Source of the DNA: Camelus ferus | Taxonomy: Eukaryota | DNA length: 64,000 nt | Direction of reading: 5' to 3' | Assembly (NCBI RefSeq): GCF_009834535.1 | Contig: NC_045704.1 | Coordinates: 36,766,001 to 36,830,000, forward strand | Part shown: positions 1 through 13,328 of the stretch, one piece after another | Layout: each line of letters begins with the position of its first letter | Numbering within the stretch: position 1 is the first letter of the stretch | Notes under the pieces: model-generated | Seen by the model: only the letters and a program-made list of their open reading frames with translations | What the model was told of the DNA's origin: nothing | The model's database searches: none | Translations under genes and position numbers: made by a program

Positions 1-522
1 GCATTCACAAGTTTGATGTGCTAACGTACTTTTTTTTTTAATGTCAATTAAAGCATTTGTTGCTGTCCACTAGTGGTGCCCAACTCTTTGAGGGGGCGAA
101 CATGACCAGGCCTAAGGAGACCCTCTTCTGGAAAAAAAACTGTGTCCCGTGGGGGTGCTGACTGTGCCAGGCACCATGCTGAAGGCTTCACAGGCGTCCT
201 CTCAAAGAGGGTCCTCCACGGGCTTTCCCACAGCCTTCCAGTGGGAAGTCCTCCTGCTGCCTAGCTTAAATCCCACAGCTGCCCTTGGCTGGCCTTCCTC
301 TTGCTCTGGAGGAAGGGCGCCAACCTTGGCCTCTGGGACTGGCTCCTAGTGGCCCTGCCTGGGATCGGGGTGGGGGGTAGAGCAGGGGGTTTAAGGAGGT
401 GGGGGATGATGACCCCCTCTTCTCCCTCCCCTGAAGTTCTTCTCTTCAGGGCACCCTTCTTTCCTTCCATCCATCTGTCCGTTTGTCCATCTGTGCTCTC
501 CCAGGCTCCCTTCCCTTTTGTT

Positions 523-548
523 TCAGAGGCCTCCAGCTGCTGCCACCC
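523..548 (-). CDS. CNGB1: GARP2-specific terminal exon (12a), coding part RVAAAGGL*
   Basis: Pyrimidine tract and AG (549-550), then GG GTG GCA GCA GCT GGA GGC CTC TGA, in phase with the exon ending at 2585. Resembles the known GARP2 C-termini RVMGAGGL and RVVAAGSL. Confidence 0.88.
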
Positions 549-716
549 CTGAAACAAAGGAGAAGACAGAAGGGTGGGTGGCGGGGTGGACAAGCTGAAG
601 GGAGTGAATGAAAAGGATGGGGCATCTGGGGGACGGAGCAGGGAGTAGGGGAGGGACACTCATCCCTAAGCCCCTCAGGGTCACCCTCGTAGTGGGCTGA
701 ATAGCGTTCCCTCCGC

Positions 717-770
<54 letters not shown>

Positions 771-3700
771 TTATATATCTCTCTTTCCAAGNNNNNNNNN
801 NNNNNNNNNNNNNNNNNNNNNNNNNNNNNNNNNNNNNNNNNNNNNNNNNNNNNNNNNNNNNNNNNNNNNNNNNNNNNNNNNNNNNNNNNNNNNNNNNNNN
901 NNNNNNNNNNNNNNNNNNNNNNNNNNNNNNNNNNNNNNNNNTTGGCAGACACAGAGGAAAAAGCAGAGATTGGAGGGCAGCTGGATGGCAAGGGACACCG
1001 AGGATGGCCAGCAGCCACCAGAAGTCAGGAAAGAGGCCTGGAACATTTTCTCCCTCGCAGCCCCAGAAGGAACAAACCCTGCCAACACTTCAATTTTGGA
1101 CTCTTGCCCTCCTGAACTATGAGAGGATGCATTTCTGCTGTTTGAAGGTGCCTGTTTATGGTCCTTGGCTATGGCAGCCTTAGGAAACTGACCCCCGGTT
1201 GTTGGCCCCAGGCTGAGTCGGCCCCCAGGCGGCCCCAGTGCCCTCCCGAGTCCCACATGCTCGGGGCATGCAGGGAGGCCCTGCCTACAGCGGGCTAAGA
1301 CCTGCCTCCTTCCAGAGGAGCAGGGAGGAGGGTGAGAGGGGGCGAGGGGCTCCATCCTCAGAGCTCTCGGCGCCCCCTGGGAGGGGTCTCTGTGCCTGGA
1401 AGGTTTTCCTTTCCTCTAACCTTTCCAACTGCTCTCAGGCCAAAGGGTTTCCAGTCCCTGCTTCATGACGACTTGCTCTGTGACCTTGGGCACATCTCTG
1501 TCTCTCTGCCTTCCCCAACAGTCATGGGCATCCCTGCTCTGTGCCCTCCAGGGTGGCCATGAGTTTCACGAGACTGAGCACACCCTGCTCTGAGGCCTCC
1601 CCCTCACAACATTGTCACAACTATACAAATGCCATCCCCTCCCATGGCCACTCCATCAAACCCATGCTCCACAGCTGGCCAGCCTCGGGCAGCCACCCCC
1701 TGTGCCAGACTTCTTGTAAAGACCACCATCGGCCTAGTGGGGACTGGGGTTGGCCGCCCTGGGGACACCCTGAGGCCCATGGGCCAGGGCCTGTGTCCAG
1801 GGTGGAACAGGGTTACTGCCCACCGGCCCTGAACTCTGTTCTGCTCACCTCCAGTGTTCACCACAGGCCTGGCACATAGCAGCTCTCCATGACCATTTGT
1901 GAACAAATGAAGGACAAATGAACAAGTGAATGCCCCACATACCACATGCCTTTCCTGAGGCCATGAAATGAAGGAAGAGCAGATTTTGGATCCTAGCCTT
2001 TCACTCTAGGCCTCCATCTGGCCCCACTCCTGGTGAAGGGCTGGGGTAAGACAGCACACACCTCCTCAGCCCAGCCACAGGTAAGGGGATGCCCTCCCAG
2101 CCTAAGGGAGCTGGAGTCTATGGGGTTCAGTTTCCACAGGGAGACCCCATCCCTCTCCTTTCATCCTGCAACCAGGAACTCTGCTTAGCCAAACCCACTG
2201 GGCCAGGGGGCAGTGGGGAGCTCTCTCCAGGGGTTTCTAGCAGGAAGAGGAGCCAACCAACTTGATCTCAGAATCATTTTTCCTGGAAAGAAGCGGGAAG
2301 GCAGGCCAGGTTCCCGCCGGTGTGCCCATCCCCCACCCCCGGCCCCCAGGAGGGGCCTCCAGCCATCACTGGCTCTAGGCTGGGCTCTGGCTACCTAGAC
2401 AGGCTGACCTAGGGTGGGGCCTGTGGATCATGGAGTCTCCCAGCTCCAGGTCCGGAGACTCTGGCTTCCCCCGCCCCCTACCCCCACCGAGCACGTCCAG
2501 GCCTGACCGGGGACAGCCCACCGCCCATGTGCGCAGACCAAACAGGCCCTGCAGAGACACACAGCAGGGGCCACTGCCACTTACTGGTCTGCACGTCACA
2601 CGTCACAGGGGTGTCAGGCTCCTGCATGGGAAGGGAAGAAGGGGAAAAACCAGCTGTGGCCTCCTCACTGGCCTCCCTGCTTCAATCAGCCCTCCCAGCA
2701 CACGCAGGAGCAAGAGGGTCTCCTCACGGCTCCCAGGACACCTGCAGAAGATCCCATCCTGCTTCTCCCCTCCCGCCTCACAGCTCCCCCACTGCTCTGG
2801 TCACTCCCCTACCAGGGTCTCTGCTCGCTGGGTCCCACCTCAGCTTCTCTGCCAGGCTGGGCGCCCAGCCTCGAATGCCCTCCCTCTGGTTCTCTACATA
2901 TGAAAAACCTCTCCCATCCTTTCCTGGAGGGTTGTCTCAAAGCTTTATCTGCATGAAGGCCTCTCTCGGCCAGCACACCTTCCCCCGCCACCGCCATCCC
3001 CAGGGACCCTCCTCTCAGTGAGCACTTCTGTGAAGATGTCCAATTGTCCCCAAGAGAGAGAGGAGCCAGGTGTCAGGTTCTTGGAGAGGGAGGCCCTGCT
3101 ACCCCCGCCTGCCCACGTGGGAGCCCTAGGTTGTCAGGAAGGCACACAGGGCCCCGCTGGCTTTCTGTGAGCCTCACTTTTCTTCCCAGAATATTCCAGG
3201 CCTCTCTTGTCTCTGGGCCTTTGCATGTGCTAATTCTCTGCCTGAAGGGCCCTTCCTACACTACCCGCTTCTTCCTCCTCCTTCAGGTTTCAGCTTGCAG
3301 GCCACCTCCACCAGGAAGCCTTCCTTAGTGCTCCTGGGAGGCTCTCCCTCTGCACCCCGCATCCTCTCTGCTTTCCACATAGAAGCCCCTCCCCCACTGA
3401 CTGTGACTGGTAGGGCTGGACCAGCACTTCTCAGCCCTGTGGCCACGGTGACCAGGGTGTGTGAGTGAGACAGGCAGGATAGTTGGCTGAGCTCCACTGC
3501 AGGCTCCCTTCTTCCTCTGTGCCCTCCTCCCCACCCAGGGACCATCCCACCTTGCCTGAGCGCCCAAGACCCCTCCCACCACCACACAGTGCCCCCACTC
3601 CCCAGTCCAGCACCCACCTGCTCCCCAGCCTTCCCATGGAGCACTGGCTGCGGCAGGGCCATCTCCAGCCTGTGGAGGAGCCATGCCACCAACCTGCAAG

Positions 3701-6700
3701 TGGGAGAGAGTGGGCCAGGTGGGAGGGCTCGTGGGGAAACTGAGGCCAGTGTCAGATCCCTCCCAGGGCAGGCAGCAAGCCAGCCAGAAGGCAGACCAGA
3801 ACCCTGGCCTCCAGCCCTGAAAACAGTCGCGCTGCTCCCTGGCCTCCTTAGGCCGAGCCTCGGGCTACTGGTCAGACCCCAGTGGTAACTCAGGCCCCCT
3901 ACCCTCTACATCACCCCCTGAGATGCATTTCAGGCCCCTCACACACTGCCAGGGCAGCAGCATTCGGCAGTATATATTCCAATTTTAAATGCATGTATCT
4001 GTTGGCCCAGTAACTCCATTTGCTCTGATTTACTTGCTTATGAACACAGTGATGCCTGTACAAGGCTACTGATTGCAGCAAAAGAGTGGAAACAAACCTC
4101 AATGTCTGCCAAATGGTTAAATAAAAGTTGGTGCACCCGTTTAATGAAGTACTGTGCAGTCGGTGAAAGAATGCAGCAGACCTCTACGCATAAAACCGCC
4201 TCTAAGACAAATTTTTTTTAGTGAAAAAAATGAGATGAGGGACAGTATATATAGTTTGCTGCTGCCTGGTATGTGTGTTTAAAGGAGAAATGTGCTCAGA
4301 ACTTGTCTGTGTGTAGGAAATGCTTGAAAGCAGGAGAAACTGCTGATGTGATTGCCCTGGGAAGGGATGCTGGAAACCTCTGAATTTTCTCCCAGGTGTA
4401 TGTGCTACTTTTATAATTTAAAAAGACTCAATTGGTGAAGGCTGGGTGTTGGGCTGGGGCCAGGCACTGAGCCTGCTGCCCGTGGGAGGCGTGGCTTTTG
4501 GGGGGCTCACCTGGCAGAGTCCCGGGCGGGTGGCAGGGAGGAGGTCTGGATGCTGGGCAGGGGGTCTGGAGTCGGCTCCTCCTTGGGCTCTGGGGGGTCG
4601 GGAGCAGGCAGGGAGGGGCTCTCCTGGGCCTGAAGCACGGGATCGGGCTTGGTTCCCAAGGAGGGTCCTGGGGGCTCTGAGCAGCAGGGAGGGAAGGAGA
4701 CGAAGGATGGCATCGCAGGGCTCCATGCAACCCCTCAAGGGCATGGGGGACCAGATTCAAGGCACCAACGCTACTGAGTGGGGAGCCCCTTGGGCCCATC
4801 CCGACTACCCCAATCATAAGACAGACATGGAGCTGAGGTCCCGGGAGGGGAAGGGACTTATCTAAGACCTCTCAGGGCTGTCTCAGGCTACTGGCTTTTC
4901 CCAGCTTGGACTGGGACGGGGATTCCAGGGCCCCACAACAGTCTGCTTCCTGCAAGCCCTGAACCCCTCCGGAGCCTGGGTGAGGGCTAAGGTCCTCCCC
5001 CAGCATTCCTCAGGCCCCAGTTGTACCCCCAGCCCAGTCTATGAGCATCCCAGACAGCCCCTTCCCAGATCCTTTCCCTGTACCTGGACCCAAGGCAGCA
5101 TCCACAGGCTCATCTCTCCAGCCCTGGGTCGTAAACAGGAAGTGAGGTCACGGAGGAAGAAAGCCACGCCCTGGCCCATCCTCCCCTGAATCCCCCTGCT
5201 TCTCTGGCAGTCACACCTCCCCATCAAGGACCCTCTTGAGAAAAGAGCATCCCCTCCATGGGTCCTAGGGATGGGGACAGCCTCTGGAATAGGCAGGCCC
5301 TTCTTGGGGCCCCAGAAACCCTCCTACATGGTCAGCTGTCTGCTCCCCATTTTCCTCGACTTACCTCAGATATTTTCGGGGGCTGAGGCAGCACTTTTTC
5401 CACATTCTGCTCAAGCCACCTGAGCAGCCAGGACCCGGACCTGCAGAGGGGCCGGTGGTCAGCAGAGCAGCCTCAGAGAGTGGCCAGCCACTCTGTCCTG
5501 ACCGCCCACTGGATCCTCGGTCTCAACCAGCCCTTCCTCGCCTTTGGCTCCCATTCTGCACAGTGGGGACCTTGTACTGGATACCCTTAAAGGGCCTCCA
5601 GTGGGGGGACTGTATAGCTCAGTGGCAGAGTGCCTGCTTAGCATGCACAAGGTCCTGGGTTCAATCCCCAGTACCGCCATTAAAAAATAAATAAATAAAC
5701 CTAACTACTGTCCCCAAAAAAGGAAAAAAAGGGGGGGCCTCCGTTGGTGAGGGGAACTTCTACCAACCTCAGATTCTGATCCAGGGCTGGATCACCTAGT
5801 CTTGGCCTCCTGGACAGCAGATGAGAAGGGGTACTGCCTGGGGACCTGAATGCAGCATGGGGGCCTCCCTGTGACTGGGACAGATAGTTCTGGCTTCATG
5901 GGTATGTGAGCAGTGCAGTCACACAGGGCAGGGCCCATTTTTGGTTAATGCTCAGGAGTCACTGTTTTAAACTCAGTAATTTTGGTAAAGGAGTCCTGCA
6001 TTTTCATTTTGCACTGAGCCCTATGAATTATGCAGCTGGCCCTGGGGCAAACGTTGGGCCCCCAGATCCACCTGGCCTCCAGGAAGCCCCTCCCTCTTCA
6101 GGGAAGCCCCATGTTCCCAGGGGAACCCATCCCCTCTGATATGGCCCAAAAGAAAGCTGTTAAGTCCTCTGGGTGTCTTCATCCTAAATCAACTTTACTG
6201 GTCCCACAGGTCAGCAGAGTGGCCCTGGGGACCCATGATCTGGGCAGCCTCCAGAGGACAAAAGAAATAGAGAGCAAGCTGGAGCAATGAATGAATGGTG
6301 TGTGATTGTATATGTTCATTCATTCATTCATTCATTCATCCCTTCTGTGCTGAGCCCTCTCCCCATGGCAGGCCCTGTGCTGGGTAGCAGGGGTTCAGCA
6401 GTGACTGAGACAAAAATCCTGGAGCTCAAGGACCTGACAGTCTAAGGACTGGATGAGGGAAGGAATGAAAGAATGGGGTGAATGGAGATGAAGGTGTGAC
6501 TCTGGACTTCCAGCAGACAGCAAACTGGAGGCTTCAGGTTTATTTGGGGGCCTCACAGTATTTTTGAAAACCCATCCCAGCCTGTTCTCCTGCAGGGCAG
6601 AGGCAAGAGATCAGCGGGCCCCTTCCTAGAGAGGGACATGGGCTCCCCTGTTTGCCACAGTCCCCCCAACCAGTCTGCCACCCCTTCAGTCAGCTCTGAG

Positions 6701-9700
6701 AAGTCCGAAGCTGTTGCCGACTTTGAAGCCAAACCTGGCACCCCAATGTTCCCACCGTGACCCAGGCCCTGCCTCTGGGCTCCACATGGTGCCCACCTGC
6801 ATGAAGCCCATCTCTGAGGAGTTTGTCCACACCTCCTCTCCATCCCCAGAAGGGAATCTCCCAGTAATTAGCACAAAAAAACCCTGGGTAGCACTGGACC
6901 CATCATCCCCATTTTGTGCTTGAGAAAAATGAAGTCCAGAAGAGATGAGAGGCATGTCCAAGGTCACACACCGAGCTGGTGGTGGACCCTGGGCTCTGGG
7001 CACACTGAGCCCACCACACACACTGCAGATGGGGCTCAGGGGCTCCCAAACCAGCGCTCAAGACAGGGACTCACCCGGTGTCCTGGGCCCTGGGGGCCTC
7101 ATTGGGTCCACCTGGGGAAGAAAGAAGGATGGTCAGCAGCAAGGGGCCAGCCTGGAGCTCCCCAGTCAGCCCAGCTCAAATCCAGGTTCAAACCCGGGCC
7201 CAGTCAGGTGAGACACTCTGGCCCTGCAGACTCCCCAGGGAGCAGGACCCAACCCAGCAGCCCCTGAGCCCACCCCTGTAAAGCCATCCTGCCTCCTGGC
7301 CTTACCTGAGCCCCCAGTGCTGCAATGCCCAAGGATCTGTGCTCCTGCCTGCCAGGACAGACAGACATGGGCAGAGAGGTCAGGTGCGCCGGACTCCCTC
7401 CCAATCCCTTCCCCACCCAACCCATCTCAGCTCCCGCCCAGCAGTACCTGAGCTGCACCCTCCAAGCCAGCAGCAGTGCTCTGGGCGGTCCTGTCACTGT
7501 GGATGGGCTGTGGGACAACCTTCTCCAGGCCCTTCCTGAGCCAGGTCGGCACCCAGCCGCTGGGACCACTGAGAGACAGAGATACCGGCCTGCCTTCAAC
7601 ATCCTCAGCCCCTCCCTGGTCAGTGTGGCAGTTCACAGCATCCTAAAGAACTTGGTTTGAATCCCAAACCTCTAATTCCCCACTGGGACACTCCAGACAT
7701 GTCCCCTCCCTCCTGGAGCCTTGTATCCCTCTCTGGAAAATAGAGGACACCAACCCTTAGTGAGGCCAGGCGTGCCCATGCCATTCCAAGCCCACCTTCA
7801 CCAGATGCTTGGTAAAAACAGCTGAATTCTATCATTCTGCTGCCCCCTTAGCCTGGCTCCGGGGGTGGGGGTGCCTCCTGCGTTTGGCACATGTCTTGTG
7901 CTCTGGGAGGGTTGACGGTTTCCTATAAGGTGTTTCCTTGTGACAGAGGCTGGTCAGCCTAAACATGAGGGTCCCAGACTCGCTGTCTGAGGCCAGCCCT
8001 GCTGCAGACATGCTTACTTGGACAAGCACCAGTGGTCTAAAATGTTTGAGCTATCTGGGAGTTTTCATGTAAAAGTCTGGATTTCTGTCTTCATTAGGAA
8101 AATCAGAAGCTCTGGCCACACCGGACCTGTGTTTCACCCAAGCACTGAGAAACCTCTGGTCCCCACGCTCCATTTCTCTTGGTTATATGGTTCATTTGGC
8201 CCAGAAGACCCCCACATCTGTCTGAGGCTCCCTTCAGTCAGTTCCCAAGATGTTCTGGGCCTTTACTTGGAAGTGACTCAGATCTGACTGCAGGGCCCAT
8301 CCCCACCCCTTTAATGTTTCCCTAGCTTGGGTAGGGGGCTGGCCCTGAGGAGAAGGGACAGTGGGGCAGTACCTGTTCACTTCAGGAACCACAGCGACTT
8401 GGGCCTGGAGGGATGTAGGTGGAGAAGGGGCAGCCTCCTGGGTTTCTGGAAATGAGTTCCTCATACTTTAGAACTGGAACCTCAGAGAGACCCATTTCTA
8501 CCCTGCTGGGGAGGTCAAGTCGGAGGCAGAGGAGAGGGAAGAACCCTGAGGGAGTCAGAAGCCTGGGGTCCCAGCTCAGCTCAGCTAAAAAATCCCCAGG
8601 AGCCCACCTTTAGCTTCTCTGAGCCTCAGTTTCTTCATCTGTGAAATGGGCCTGCCAGCCTCATGGCCTGCAGCTAGGCTCTGAGTGGAGAACACAGCCC
8701 TTCCACACCACCCGCCCTGCCCTCCTGGGCTTCCAGCACTCACCCTGAGGGCCTGGAGCAGCCACTTCCTCCCCGACACAGGGCTCCTCAGGTGGCTGGA
8801 GGGTTCAAATAGGACCCCGTAAGCCTCAGTGAGACCAGCCTGGTTCAGGTAGGGGTAGCCTCCGACCCTCCCACGACTGACCCCACCCCTCACCCCACAA
8901 GACCAAACAATGCTCTTGTCACAGTCCTCTCTGTAAATCCTGGTGGTCTCACCTTCCACCTGGGACACACCCTTCCTCCAGGGGTCCCTCATCCAGAGCC
9001 GGGCCCTCACATCCCCCTAAGGTGCCCCCAGGCCTATCACATCCCCCAGGAAGCTGTCTCACTCAAATGGCCTGAAAAGAGGGAAAAAATTTAGAGCTAT
9101 GAGGCCTCGGGGCAACTGAGGGGAAGAGCTGCTGAGAGGAGCCCACCCCACACCCAGCTGCCCGCCGGAGCCCTCCATGTCCTGCACCGAATGTTCCATC
9201 CCCTTCTAGCAGCTGCGTGGCATTCAGCCTCTGCCCTCTGCCTCTCAGCTGCGTCTACAAGTGCACTTCCTGCTGTGTGCACACGTGTGCATGCACAGAC
9301 AAGCATGCACGAGCACAAGGACACACTAACGTGTGTGCACTGATATACACTCACTGTCACATACATCTACACACACTCACAGACACACACAAGCACATGT
9401 GTGTACAGTGCACAGATATGTGAGACAGGTGTGTGTACACACGTGCATACATGGGCTGACACAAAAATAAGTGCTCAGTCACATAAACATAGGCATGTAC
9501 ACACATCCTCATGCACACTTGCACTGACACACGAATGTACTTGTGAACACATCATTTCACATGTGCACCAACACACAAATACACACATAGATGAGCATAC
9601 ATGCACAGATGAACAAAATGTGTACATATACAAACATGCAGACACTATGTCCATATGTATACACACGCACAGATATGCAGACATGAGCATACATGCGCAC

Positions 9701-11157
9701 ACACAAATACATTCACAGACTCAGAAACAGGCGTGTACACACACTTATATACACTAGCATGCCCCACATGCACATGGAACTACAGGCACATGAATCGTGT
9801 GTACACACACATAAACATGTATGTGTGTACGTGTGTATACACACTTGTGAATCAACACATGTTCCAGTGCAATTTGCTAATGCACACGTATGTACAAACA
9901 TACCACTAAGAATACGAGGCACGTGTACCTGCATATACACATGTTGTGCACATGCAAACACATATGCACAACAACCCTGCATCTGGATAGCACACTGCTT
10001 CCTAAACACACCCTGCACTACCCAGTAATAGCCTTTCCTCCACCAGGAAGGCCCCATGTCTTCGTCTCCTCCAGTTACAATTTGGCCCCGTGCACTGAGG
10101 CTAGGAAGCACTCCTCCACCAGCTTTCAGTCTCCAGAGTGAAGATGGCTCTCTCCTCTGAGCTCTCATAGTTCTCAGTCTATACACCTATATGGTCCTCC
10201 CAGAAGGGTAGAGCTGAGGATGTTCTTGGAGCTCATCACATTCCTTCATCACTTGTCTCCTGGCAGAATGACCTGGCTAAGTATTGTCTGCTGACCCCCA
10301 GGGGGCAATGCCTTACTCATCACTGTGCTCCCAGCACTGCACACAGGCCTGGCATTGATTAGAAGCTAAATCAAATCTGTCTGAGTTTCTGAATTAGTGT
10401 CATCAAGCTACTAAATGAATGGGATGCAGAACTGGCAAGGAAGAAATTTGTAGAACAGGGCTGCGCAAAATGCGGTCCATGAACCAGTGTCAGTCTGCAA
10501 ACTGTCACTGGTCCACAATTATTAAGCAGTTTACAGTAGGTTGTATGTCAACAACTAAAGCAGTGTGCTTAGTTACATAGTAGACTTATATCTGGTGGGC
10601 TTCTGATCTCATCAGGGACTAGCAGCAAACAGTTCATAGACTGGCTACTTCGAGTAGCTCTGTTCTAGACTCTGGAGATTGGCAAACAATGGCCAGTGGG
10701 CCAAATCCAGCCTATTGCTTGTTTTTGTAAACAAAGTTTTACTGGAACACAGCCATCTAGGCTGATTCATTTATATATTGTCTCTGGCTGTTTTCACACT
10801 ACTGTGGCAGAGTTGAGTAATTAACAGAGATGGCATGACTTACAAAGCCCAAAATATTTACTATCTGGCCGTTTATGGAATGAGGTGACCTCCTTTTCCT
10901 TCTGGCTCCAGCTTTCCCTGTTGTGGACAGTCCGTGGGGGCAGCTGACCCAAGCTGGGAGTTCTCTGAGCAGCAAGGCCAGTGTGCCCTCCATCACCCTC
11001 CAGCTCTTACCAGGGACTCCTCCTCTAGGACAGTCTCTTCAAGGGCTGTTTCGGTCTCTGGCTCCCGCTCTGGTTCTGCCCCCTCCTCCTCCTCTGTCTT
11101 GGTCTTCCAACGGGCCTCCGGGGGCTGAGGCAGCACCTTCTGGGCCCAGCTCAACAT
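523..11157 (-). CDS. CNGB1: CNGB1 N-terminal glutamic-acid-rich (GARP) region; complete GARP2 isoform (297 aa). Coding exons: 11011-11157, 8744-8795, 8373-8445, 7448-7568, 7306-7348, 7075-7111, 5365-5440, 5084-5123, 4511-4676, 3618-3693, 2585-2621, 523-548
   Basis: All exons have AG/GT boundaries with compatible phases and sum to 894 nt. The translation starts [13 protein letters not shown] and contains the four GARP repeats (W..K/R..EK/M.LPQP) and [12 protein letters not shown], matching remembered human and bovine CNGB1/GARP2. The channel-domain exons lie left of the window. Confidence 0.95.
733..766. repeat. (TA)n microsatellite preceded by a poly-A run
   Basis: Directly visible. Confidence 0.9.
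942..1192. mobile_element. MLT1-type LTR fragment next to an N-run
   Basis: CAGCAGCCACCAGAAG...CCCTGCCAACAC...ATGGCAGCCTTAGGAAACT is a typical MaLR LTR end. Confidence 0.65.
5603..5730 (+). mobile_element. tRNA-Ala-derived camelid (Vic-type) SINE in a CNGB1 intron
   Basis: Head TATAGCTCAGTGG...GGTTCAATCCCCAGTACC (A and B boxes), (AAAT)n tail with AACCTAA.TAC..CCCC, poly-A, and GGGCCTCC on both flanks. Confidence 0.85.
9270..10015. repeat. About 740-bp degenerate alternating purine-pyrimidine (CA/TG/TA) tract in CNGB1 intron 2
   Basis: Continuous CACACA, TGTGTG, GCATGC and ATACAT motifs. Confidence 0.85.
10673..10893. mobile_element. MER58A-like hAT MITE
   Basis: GGCAAAC..TGGCC..TGGGCCAAATCCAGCC...AAAGTTTTACTGGAACACAGCCA...AAAATATTTACTATCTGGCC. 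Confidence 0.7.
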
Positions 11158-13255
11158 TCTGACACCTGTGGAGACAGAGTCCTTAGGCCTCCCCAGAGTC
11201 CTCCCAGTTCCTCCCATCATTCGTGGACTGCTTTTGTGGGTCACATATTTCCTTTTTCTTTCTTTAAAAACGTTTTTGCAATTCTACCTCCAGGTGTTCA
11301 CCTTCTAGAAATGCTCAAGCCCACAGACATACGTGTACAAAGAGGTTGGTCACAACCAGTGTGAGAGCAAAAGATGAAAAACCTCTAAATAATCCAGCAG
11401 TAGGAGACTGGTTATTGGGTAGTATCTAATTGTTCATCTGTAAGAGGGGCACATATTAAATAAATTATAATACATCCAATATTGGAATACTATGGAGCCA
11501 TTTTTTAAGGCAGATCTATTTGAACTCATGTGGAAAAATCTACACACTCCAAACTCCAGTTGTGAGCAGATCAGTTAAACTCTCCATGCCTCTGTTTGCT
11601 TGTCTGTAAAATGGGGATGTTAACAGGACTTACCTGGCAGAGATTATTGTGAGGATAAAGTAAACTGATGAGAACAGTGACTGGCACACCCTGAAAGCTT
11701 AATAAATGTTGGATGTCAAGCAAAAAATGCTAATTATAGACTATCATGTTCAGCATAATCCCATTTAAACTGTTTTAAAACACATTTTGAGTAGCATATG
11801 AATGGAAATATTTTTTGTTTAATATAAGATAAAATTAACCTATTTTCATAATTTAAACAGTTTTAAGATAAAATGATAGTTAAGCCCCCCTTCCATGGCT
11901 TACTGTGATAGTCCAGCCCTACCGTCAACAGGTTCAGTTTCTGGCACTATTTATCTTCAGGGAATGGGCAGCCCTGCCCTTATGACTATATTCCTGCAGG
12001 ATGGCCTGACCCAGAGGGCATCACATAGATCAAAATCTGCAAGCTCCCAGCCTCGAAGGGCCCTTCAGAGGCCCCGCCCGGCACAGTGCATGCTCCCCAC
12101 TCAGCCGTGAGCAGCCAAGGCATTCGTAGACTGCTACCCTGCCCCTCCTCTGCCAGAGACCCTGGCCCCAGGCTGAAAAGGGCAGGCATGGGGCCAGGAT
12201 TCCCCACCCCAGTGCCCAGCTCCCTGCAGCCCCTGGCCATGCTGCTGGCCCTTCTACTCACAGCCCCGACTTCTGTCCCCGCTCTGCCCTTGGCAGCCCA
12301 GCTTCAGCTTTGAGTAAGGGGTCAGGTCTCTGACTCAGACCCAAAAAGGTGAACTTGAGCCAGACATGACACTTCCCGTCTTCCATTTCCTCACTGGGTG
12401 TGGGGTATAGACACTGATTTCCAAGGCTGGTAGAGTCCAAGATTGCATGTTTAGAATGGCAGATTCCACCGGCCCCCGCCAGCCACAGGCAGCCCCACAT
12501 GTCGTGTTCACCTCACCCTCATTCTCACCACCTCTCACTCAGCCTCAGTAAAATAAGCATTTTCATCACAGCTTCACAGTTAAGGAAATGGAGGCACAGA
12601 GAGGTCAGCTGACTTGCCCAAAGTGACACAGCCAGTAAGTGGTTAAGCTGAGTTTACGCTCAGGTCTGACCAAATCCAAGCATCCCACATCCACCCCAGG
12701 AGCACTGACATTTGCCCAGGATTGGCTGCTTCTGCAGGCCAGTCCTGCAAGCCCTTTCCCAGCGGGCAGCAATTCTGCATGTGTTTCTGAACCTTCTGGA
12801 AATGACTAGGAAAGCATTCCCCTTTCCCAACTTCCCTTCTTCTCCCAGACCCAGCCATTCTCTCCTGGATAGAGACACTTGTAGGTCCCTCCCATCTTTT
12901 TGCCATGTCCCTGCTGACTCCATGTTGGTGAGGGAGGCTCAGGCGGAAGGGGGACCTGAGAGTGGTAGCTCAGGGCAACTCTGGTGCTGGGACCACCAGC
13001 CTTTCAGAATCTTCTGGGGAGCTGGGGAAATGCAGATTCCTAGGCCCCTCTAAACCTTCTGCAGGACCTGGAATCCACACTTCACGAGCTGCCTTGGACG
13101 TTCACTAAGGTTTGAGCCCCAACAAGGGGAGAGGGAAGCCTCAGGATTCCAGCCTTGCCCAGTTCTCCAAGTCTAAATGCCTTGCCAGGAGGAAAGCATG
13201 GAGGGGGTCCCATCAAGGGTCCCACCAAGCCTCCACCTCCCCCATCCTGAGTTAC

Positions 13256-13310
13256 CTGCTCAGATGCCGTCCACCAGCCAGCAACTGCCTTCTTCCTGCT
13301 ACTCTCAGCT
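13256..13310 (-). other. CNGB1: CNGB1 non-coding exon 1 (5' end approximate)
   Basis: The minus strand reads ...GAAGAAGGCAGTTGCTGGCTGGTGGACGGCATCTGAGCAG|GTAACT, similar to the remembered human CNGB1 5'UTR. The next acceptor gives exon 2 starting at 11165, 8 nt before the ATG. Confidence 0.75.
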
Positions 13311-13328
13311 GGCCTCCCAGACACAGCA

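Noticed and set aside
8953-9017. Extra candidate CNGB1 exon with AG...AAG|GTGAGA boundaries
   Set aside because: The translation does not resemble known GARP sequence, and the exon chain is complete and in phase without it.
9097-10186. His/Thr/Cys/Met-rich ORFs
   Set aside because: Translation artefacts of the CA/TG low-complexity tract.
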